A stretch of 64,000 nt of DNA from Eledone cirrhosa (lineage: Eukaryota), in assembly GCA_964016885.1 (NCBI GenBank), contig OZ024742.1:337900001-337964000 (forward strand). Reading direction: 5' to 3'. The notes under the pieces were generated by a model. It was given only the letters and a program-made list of their open reading frames with translations, did no database searches and was not told the DNA's origin. The position numbers were made by a program, and so were the translations under genes. This document shows, one piece after another, positions 55,800 through 64,000 of this stretch (its first letter is position 1; each line of letters starts with the position of its first letter).

Positions 55800-58700
55800 A
55801 GCACACTCTTTTACTGGTTTCATTCATTAGACTGCGGCCATGCTGGGGCAGCACACTCTTTTACTGGTTTCAGCCATTAGACTGTGGCCATGCTGGGGCA
55901 GCACACTCTTTTACTGGTTTCATTCATTAGACTGCGGCCATGCTGGGGCAGCACACTCTTTTACTGGTTTCAGCCATTAGACTGTGGCCATGCTGGGGCA
56001 GCACACTCTTTTACTGGTTTCATTCATTAGACTGCGGCCATGCTGGGGCAGCACACTCTTTTACTGGTTTCAGCCATTAGACTGTGGCCATGCTGGGGCA
56101 GCACACTCTTTTACTGGTTTCATTCATTAGACTGCGGCCATGCTGGGGCAGCACACTCTTTTACTGGTTTCATTCTTTAGACTGTGGCCATGCTGGGGCA
56201 GCACACTCTTTTACTGGTTTCATTCATTAGACTGCGGCCATGCTGGGGCAGCACACTCTTTTACTGGTTTCAGCCATTAGACTGTGGCCATGCTGGGGCA
56301 GCACACTCTTTTATTGGTTTCATTCATTAGACTGAGGCCATGCTGGGGCAGCACACTCTTTTATTGGTTTCAGTCACGAGACTGATGCCATGCTGGGGCA
56401 GCACACTCTTTTATTGGTTTCAGCCATTAGACTGTGGCCATGCTGGGGCAGCACACTCTTTTATTGGTTTCATTCATTAGACTGCGGCCATGCTGGGGCA
56501 GCACACTCTTTTACTGGTTTCATTCATTAGACTGAGGCCATGCTGGGGCAGCACACTCTTTTACTGGTTTCATTCATTAGACTGCGGCCATGCTGGGGCA
56601 GCACACTCTTTTAGTGGTTTCATTCATTAGACTGTGGCCATGCTGGGGCAGCACACTCTTTTACTGGTTTCATTCATTAGACTGCGGCCATGCTGGGGCA
56701 GCACACTCTTTTATTGGTTTCAGCCATTAGACTGTGGCCATGCTGGGGCAGCACACTCTTTTATTGGTTTCATTCATTAGACTGAGGCCATGCTGGGGCA
56801 GCACGCTCTTTTACTGGTTTCATTCATTAGACTGCGGCCATGCTGGGGCAGCACACTCTTTTAGTGGTTTCATTCATTAGACTGTGGCCATGCTGGGGCA
56901 GCACACTCTTTTACTGGTTTCATTCATTAGACTGAGGCCATGCTGGGGCAGCACACTCTTTTACTGGTTTCATTCATTAGACTGCGGCCATGCTGGGGCA
57001 GCACACTCTTTTATTGGTTTCAGCCATTAGACTGTGGCCATGCTGGGGCAGCACACTCTTTTATTGGTTTCATTCATTAGACTGCGGCCATGCTGGGGCA
57101 GCACACTCTTTTACTGGTTTCATTCATTAGACTGAGGCCATGCTGGGGCAGCACACTCTTTTAGTGGTTTCATTCATTAGACTGTGGCCATGCTGGGGCA
57201 GCACACTCTTTTACTGGTTTCATTCATTAGACTGCGGCCATGCTGGGGCAGCACACTCTTTTATTGGTTTCAGCCATTAGACTGTGGCCATGCTGGGGCA
57301 GCACACTCTTTTATTGGTTTCATTCATTAGACTGAGGCCATGCTGGGGCAGCACACTCTTTTATTGGTTTCAGTCACGAGACTGATGCCATGCTGGGGCA
57401 GCACACTCTTTTATTGGTTTCATTCATTAGACTGCGGCCATGCTGGGGCAGCACACTCTTTTACTGGTTTCATTCATTAGACTGCGGCCATGCTGGGGCA
57501 GCACACTCTTTTAGTGGTTTCAGCCATTAGACTGTGGCCATGCTGGGGCAGCACACTCTTTTACTGGTTTCATTCATTAGACTGAGGCCATGCTGGGGCA
57601 GCACACTCTTTTACTGGTTTCATTCATTAGACTGCGGCCATGCTGGGGCAGCACACTCTTTTATTGGTTTCAGCCATTAGACTGTGGCCATGCTGGGGCA
57701 GCACACTCTTTTATTGGTTTCATTCATTAGACTGAGGCCATGCTGGGGCAGCACGCTCTTTTACTGGTTTCATTCATTAGACTGCGGCCATGCTGGGGCA
57801 GCACACTCTTTTACTGGTTTCATTCATTAGACTGAGGCCATGCTGGGGCAGCACACTCTTTTACTGGTTTCATTCATTAGACTGCGGCCATGCTGGGGCA
57901 GCACACTCTTTTAGTGGTTTCATTCATTAGACTGTGGCCATGCTGGGGCAGCACACTCTTTTACTGGTTTCATTCATTAGACTGCGGCCATGCTGGGGCA
58001 GCACACTCTTTTATTGGTTTCAGCCATTAGACTGTGGCCATGCTGGGGCAGCACACTCTTTTATTGGTTTAATTCATTAGACTGAGGCCATGCTGGGGCA
58101 GCACACTCTTTTATTGGTTTCAGTCACGAGACTGATGCCATGCTGGGGCAGCACACTCTTTTATTGGTTTCAGCCATTAGACTGTGGCCATGCTGGGGCA
58201 GCACACTCTTTTATTGGTTTCATTCATTAGACTGCGGCCATGCTGGGGCAGCACACTCTTTTACTGGTTTCATTCATTAGACTGAGGCCATGCTGGGGCA
58301 GCACACTCTTTTATTGGTTTCAGCCATTAGACTGTAGCCATGCTGGGGCAGCACACTCTTTTAGTGGTTTCATTCATTAGACTGCGGCCATGCTGGGGCA
58401 GCACACTCTTTTACTGGTTTCATTCATTAGACTGCGGCCATGCTGGGGCAGCACACTCTTTTAGTGGTTTCATTCATTAGACTGCGGCCATGCTGGGGCA
58501 GCACACTCTTTTACTGGTTTCATTCATTAGACTGCGGCCATGCTGGGGCAGCACACTCTTTTACTGGTTTCAGTCATTAGACTGCGGCCATGCTGGGGCA
58601 GCACACTCTTTTACTGGTTTCATTCATTAGACTGAGGCCATGCTGGGGCAGCACACTCTTTTATTGGTTTCAGCCATTAGACTGTAGCCATGCTGGGGCA

Positions 58701-61700
58701 GCACACTCTTTTAGTGGTTTCATTCATTAGACTGCGGCCATGCTGGGGCAGCACACTCTTTTACTGGTTTCATTCATTAGACTGCGGCCATGCTGGGGCA
58801 GCACACTCTTTTAGTGGTTTCATTCATTAGACTGCGGCCATGCTGGGGCAGCACACTCTTTTACTGGTTTCATTCATTAGACTGCGGCCATGCTGGGGCA
58901 GCACACTCTTTTACTGGTTTCAGTCATTAGACTGCGGCCATGCTGGGGCAGCACACTCTTTTACTGGTTTCATTCATTAGACTGCGGCCATGCTGGGGCA
59001 GCACACTCTTTTACTGGTTTCATTCATTAGACTGCGGCCATGCTGGGGCAGCACACTCTTTTAGTGGTTTCATTCATTAGACTGCGGCCATGCTGGGGCA
59101 GCACACTCTTTTAGTGGTTTCATTCATTAGACTGCGGCCATGCTGGGGCAGCACACTCTTTTAGTGGTTTCATTCATTAGACTGCGGCCATGCTGGGGCA
59201 GCACACTCTTTTACTGGTTTCATTCATTAGACTGCGGCCATGCTGGGGCAGCACACTCTTTTACTGGTTTCATTCATTAGACTGCGGCCATGCTGGGGCA
59301 GCACACTCTTTTACTGGTTTCAGTCATTAGACTGCGGCCATGCTGGGGCAGCACACTCTTTTATTGGTTTCATTCATTAGACTGCGGCCATGCTGGGGCA
59401 GCACACTCTTTTACTGGTTTCATTCATTAGACTGAGGCCATGCTGGGGCAGCACACTCTTTTATTGGTTTCAGCCATTAGACTGTAGCCATGCTGGGGCA
59501 GCACACTCTTTTAGTGGTTTCATTCATTAGACTGCGGCCATGCTGGGGCAGCACACTCTTTTACTGGTTTCATTCATTAGACTGCGGCCATGCTGGGGCA
59601 GCACACTCTTTTAGTGGTTTCATTCATTAGACTGCGGCCATGCTGGGGCAGCACACTCTTTTACTGGTTTCATTCATTAGACTGCGGCCATGCTGGGGCA
59701 GCACACTCTTTTACTGGTTTCATTCATTAGACTGCGGCCATGCTGGGGCAGCACACTCTTTTACTGGTTTCATTCATTAGACTGCGGCCATGCTGGGGCA
59801 GCACACTCTTTTACTGGTTTCATTCATTAGACTGCGGCCATGCTGGGGCAGCACACTCTTTTAGTGGTTTCATTCATTAGACTGCGGCCATGCTGGGGCA
59901 GCACACTCTTTTACTGGTTTCATTCATTAGACTGCGGCCATGCTGGGGCAGCACACTCTTTTACTGGTTTCAGTCATTAGACTGCGGCCATGCTGGGGCA
60001 GCACACTCTTTTACTGGTTTCATTCATTAGACTGTGGCTATGCTGGGGTAGCACACTCTTTTATTGGTTTCATTCATTAGACTGCGGCCATGCTGGGGCA
60101 GCACACTCTTTTAGTGGTTTCATTCATTAGACTGCGGCCATGCTGGGGCAGCACACTCTTTTAGTGGTTTCATTCATTAGACTGCGGCCATGCTGGGGCA
60201 GCACACTCTTTTAGTGGTTTCATTCATTAGACTGCGGCCATGCTGGGGCAGCACACTCTTTTACTGGTTTCATTCATTAGACTGCGGCCATGCTGGGGCA
60301 GCACACTCTTTTACTGGTTTCATTCATTAGACTGCGGCCATGCTGGGGCAGCACACTCTTTTACTGGTTTCAGTCATTAGACTGCGGCCATGCTGGGGCA
60401 GCACACTCTTTTAGTGGTTTCATTCATTAGACTGGGGCCATGCTGGGGCAGCACACTCTTTTAGTGGTTTCATTCATTAGACTGCGGCCATGCTGGGGCA
60501 GCACACTCTTTTAGTGGTTTCATTCATTAGACTGCGGCCATGCTGGGGCAGCACACTCTTTTACTGGTTTCATTCATTAGACTGCGGCCATGCTGGGGCA
60601 GCACACTCTTTTACTGGTTTCAGTCATTAGACTGCGGCCATGCTGGGGCAGCACACTCTTTTACTGGTTTCATTCATTAGACTGTGGCTATGCTGGGGTA
60701 GCACACTCTTTTATTGGTTTCATTCATTAGACTGCGGCCATGCTGGGGCAGCACACTCTTTTAGTGGTTTCATTCATTAGACTGCGGCCATGCTGGGGCA
60801 GCACACTCTTTTAGTGGTTTCATTCATTAGACTGCGGCCATGCTGGGGCAGCACACTCTTTTACTGGTTTCATTCATTAGACTGCGGCCATGCTGGGGCA
60901 GCACACTCTTTTACTGGTTTCAGTCATTAGACTGCGGCCATGCTGGGGCAGCACACTCTTTTACTGGTTTCATTCATTAGACTGCGGCCATGCTGGGGCA
61001 GCACACTCTTTTACTGGTTTCATTCATTAGACTGCGGCCATGCTGGGGCAGCACACTCTTTTACTGGTTTCAGTCATTAGACTGCGGCCATGCTGGGGCA
61101 GCACACTCTTTTACTGGTTTCATTCATTAGACTGCGGCCATGCTGGGGCAGCACACTCTTTTACTGGTTTCATTCATTAGACTGCGGCCATGCTGGGGCA
61201 GCACACTCTTTTACTGGTTTCAGCCATTAGACTGTGGCCATGCTGGGGCAGCACACTCTTTTACTGGTTTCATTCATTAGACTGCGCCCATGCTGGGGCA
61301 GCACACTCTTTTAGTGGTTTCATTCATTAGACTGCGGCCATGCTGGGGCAGCACACTCTTTTAGTGGTTTCATTCATTAGACTGCGGCCATGCTGGGGCA
61401 GCACACTCTTTTAGTGGTTTCATTCATTAGACTGCGGCCATGCTGGGGCAGCACACTCTTTTACTGGTTTCATTCATTAGACTGCGGCCATGCTGGGGCA
61501 GCACACTCTTTTACTGGTTTCATTCATTAGACTGCGGCCATGTTGGGGCAGCACACTCTTTTACTGGTTTCATTCATTAGACTGTGGCCATGCTGGGGCA
61601 GCACACTCTTTTACTGGTTTCATTCATTAGACTGCGGCCATGCTGGGGCAGCACACTCTTTTACTGGTTTCGTTCATTAGACTGAGGCCATGCTGGGGCA

Positions 61701-64000
61701 GCACACTCTTTTACTGGTTTCAGTCATTAGACTGCGGCCATGTTGGGGCAGCACACTCTTTTACTGGTTTCATTCATTAGACTGTGGCCATGCTGGGGCA
61801 GCACACTCTTTTACTGGTTTCATTCATTAGACTGTGGCCATCCTGGGGCAGCACACTCTTTTACTAGTTTCATTCATTAGACTGCGGCCATGCTGGGGCA
61901 GCACACTCTTTTACTGGTTTCATTCATTAGACTGCGGCCATGCTGGGGCAGCACACTCTTTTACTGGTTTCATTCATTAGACTGCGGCCATGCTGGGGCA
62001 GCACACTCTTTTACTGGTTTCATTCATTAGACTGCGGCCATGTTGGGGCAGCACACTCTTTTACTGGTTTCATTCATTAGACTGTGGCCATGCTGGGGCA
62101 GCACACTCTTTTACTGGTTTCATTCATTAGACTGCGGCCATGCTGGGGCAGCACACTCTTTTACTGGTTTCGTTCATTAGACTGAGGCCATGCTGGGGCA
62201 GCACACTCTTTTACTGGTTTCAGTCATTAGACTGCGGCCATGTTGGGGCAGCACACTCTTTTACTGGTTTCATTCATTAGACTGTGGCCATGCTGGGGCA
62301 GCACACTCTTTTACTGGTTTCATTCATTAGACTGTGGCCATCCTGGGGCAGCACACTCTTTTACTAGTTTCATTCATTAGACTGCGGCCATGCTGGGGCA
62401 GCACACTCTTTTACTGGTTTCATTCATTAGACTGCGGCCATGCTGGGGCAGCACACTCTTTTACTGGTTTCATTCATTAGACTGCGGCCATGCTGGGGCA
62501 GCACACTCTTTTACTGGTTTCATTCATTACACTGTGGCCATGCTGGGGCAGCACACTCTTTTACTGGTTTCATTCATTCATTAGACTGTGGCCATCCTGG
62601 GGCAGCACACTCTTTTACTAGTTTCATTCATTAGACTGCGGCCATGCTGGGGCAGCACACTCTTTTACTGGTTTCATTCATTAGACTGCGGCCATACTGG
62701 GGCAGCACACTCTTTTACTGGTTTCATTCATTAGACTGCGGCCATGCTGGGGCAGCACACTCTTTTACTGGTTTCAGCCATTAGACTGTGGCCATGCTGG
62801 GGCAGCACACTCTTTTACTGGTTTCATTCATTAGAGTGTGGCCATGCTGGGGCAGCACACTCTTTTACTGGTTTCATTCATTAGACTGCGGCCATGCTGG
62901 GGCAGCACACTCTTTTACTGGTTTCAGCCATTAGACTGCGGCCATGCTGGGGCAGCACACTCTTTTACTGGTTTCATTCATTAGACTGCGGCCATGCTGG
63001 GGCAGCACACTCTTTTACTGGTTTCATTCATTAGACTGCGGCCATGCTGGGGCAGCACACTCTTTTATTGGTTTCATTCATTAGACTTCGGCCATGCTGG
63101 GGCAGCACACTCTTTTACTGGTTTCATTCATTAGACTGTGGCCATGCTGGGGCAGCACACTCTTTTACTGGTTTCATTCATTAGACTGTGGCTATGCTGG
63201 GGTAGCACACTCTTTTACTGGTTTCATTCATTAGACTGCGGCCATGCTGGGGCAGCACACTCTTTTATTGGTTTCATTCATTAGACTGCGGCCATGCTGG
63301 GGCAGCACACTCTTTTACTGGTTTCACTCGTTAGACTGTGGCCATGCTGGGGCAGCACACTCTTTTACTGGTTTCAGCCATTAGACTGAGGCCATGCTGG
63401 GGCAGCACACTCTTTTACTGGTTTCATTCATTAGACTGCGGCCATGCTGGGGCAGCACACTCTTTTACTGGTTTCATTCATTAGACTGCGGCCATGCTGG
63501 GGCAGCACACTCTTTTATTGGTTTCATTCATTAGACTGCGGCCATGCTGGGGCAGCACACTCTTTTACTGGTTTCATTCATTAGACTGTGGCCATGCTGG
63601 GGCAGCACACTCTTTTACTGGTTTCATTCATTAGACTGTGGCTATGCTGGGGTAGCACACTCTTTTACTGGTTTCATTCATTAGACTGCGGCCATGCTGG
63701 GGCAGCACACTCTTTTATTGGTTTCATTCATTAGACTGCGGCCATGCTGGGGCAGCACACTCTTTTACTGGTTTCACTCGTTAGACTGTGGCCATGCTGG
63801 GGCAGCACACTCTTTTACTGGTTTCAGCCATTAGACTGAGGCCATGCTGGGGCAGCACACTCTTTTACTGGTTTCATTCATTAGACTGCGGCCATGCTGG
63901 GGCAGCACACTCTTTTACTGGTTTCAGCCATTAGACTGAGGCCATGCTGGGGCAGCACACTCTTTTACTGGTTTCAGCCATTAGACTGCGGCCATGCTGG
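55800..64000. repeat. Long-range direct copy of ~17200-28700, lacking the 3200-bp duplication and two single monomers
   Basis: Markers at offset 38602: ACGCTC 18203/56805, TTTAATTC 19469/58071, and GTCACG monomers 17737/56339, 18737/57339 and 19487/58089. Markers at offset 35302: TGGGGCC 25133/60435, CATACT 27391/62693 and AGACTTCGGC 27781/63083, plus ORFs 27088/62390. Confidence 0.93.

Larger units (their letters stand above)
1..64000. repeat. 50-bp-monomer tandem repeat array (satellite DNA), about 1278 monomers, running off both ends of the window
   Basis: Every line fits the consensus CATGCTGGGG CAGCACACTC TTTTA[C/T/G]TGGT TTCA[TT/GC/GT]CATT AGACTG[C/T/A]GGC. Monomers start at 1, 51, 101 and so on. 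The phase shifts only in +4 steps: the last monomer starts at 63993 = 1 + 1278x50 + 23x4. Orientation is the same throughout. Confidence 0.99.

Noticed and set aside
4452-62634. All ORFs in the supplied track (MLGQHTLLLVSFIRLRPCWGSTLFYWFHSLDCGHAGAAHSFTGFIH-type)
   Set aside because: A 50-bp unit cycles through the three frames every 150 bp and has one consensus plus-strand stop (TAG at 40-42). ORFs longer than 60 aa appear only where this TAG is mutated (TAC, TCG, TTG) or skipped by a +4 insertion. They overlap in all frames and resemble no protein family I recognise.
1-64000. CRISPR array (conserved part plus variable part, with a short palindrome)
   Set aside because: The variable half differs only by a few SNVs. 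There are no unique spacers, no leader and no cas genes.
1-64000. Satellite-encoded hammerhead ribozyme (minus strand CTAATGA-AT-GAAAC resembles CUGAUGA...GAAAC)
   Set aside because: The core has A at the essential G5 position and there is no stem II between the two boxes. The plus-strand CTGATGC variant lacks the final A and any GAAA. An Infernal search of multimers against Rfam hammerhead models would settle it.
1-64000. Immunoglobulin switch region, Chi-like element or G-quadruplex array (GCTGGGG motif, ~49-50 bp period)
   Set aside because: There is only one G4 run per 50 bp, no G-strand skew (12 G vs 13 C), no AGCT motifs, and no exact GCTGGTGG.
1-64000. Trypanosoma brucei 50-bp repeats upstream of VSG expression sites
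   Set aside because: Only the period matches. I cannot support any sequence similarity, and no expression-site sequence is present. A BLAST search would exclude it formally.

Overview
The whole 64 kb window is one uninterrupted head-to-tail tandem array (satellite or very long minisatellite) of a 50-bp monomer, consensus CATGCTGGGGCAGCACACTCTTTTACTGGTTTCATTCATTAGACTGCGGC (50% GC). Tracking the phase by hand gives about 1278 full monomers plus 8 bp. Of these, 23 are 54-bp variants carrying an extra CATT. I saw no unique sequence, inversion, gene, RNA gene or CRISPR spacer. All listed ORFs are artefacts of the repeat. The information lies in the pattern of variants. Three hypervariable sites (monomer positions 26, 35-36 and 47) and several rare linked variants act as barcodes. 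They reveal nested duplications: 100-150 bp mini-HORs, 0.45-1.55 kb blocks, 3.15, 3.2, 4.3 and 4.9 kb tandem duplications, and a copy of at least 8 kb lying 35-39 kb away. From memory, not from a database search, the monomer closely resembles the 3' terminus (stem-loop plus short tail) of an abundant octopus SINE family, read on the minus strand. This suggests a satellite built from amplified retroposon 3' ends. All coordinates were counted by eye, and block edges are approximate to about one monomer.
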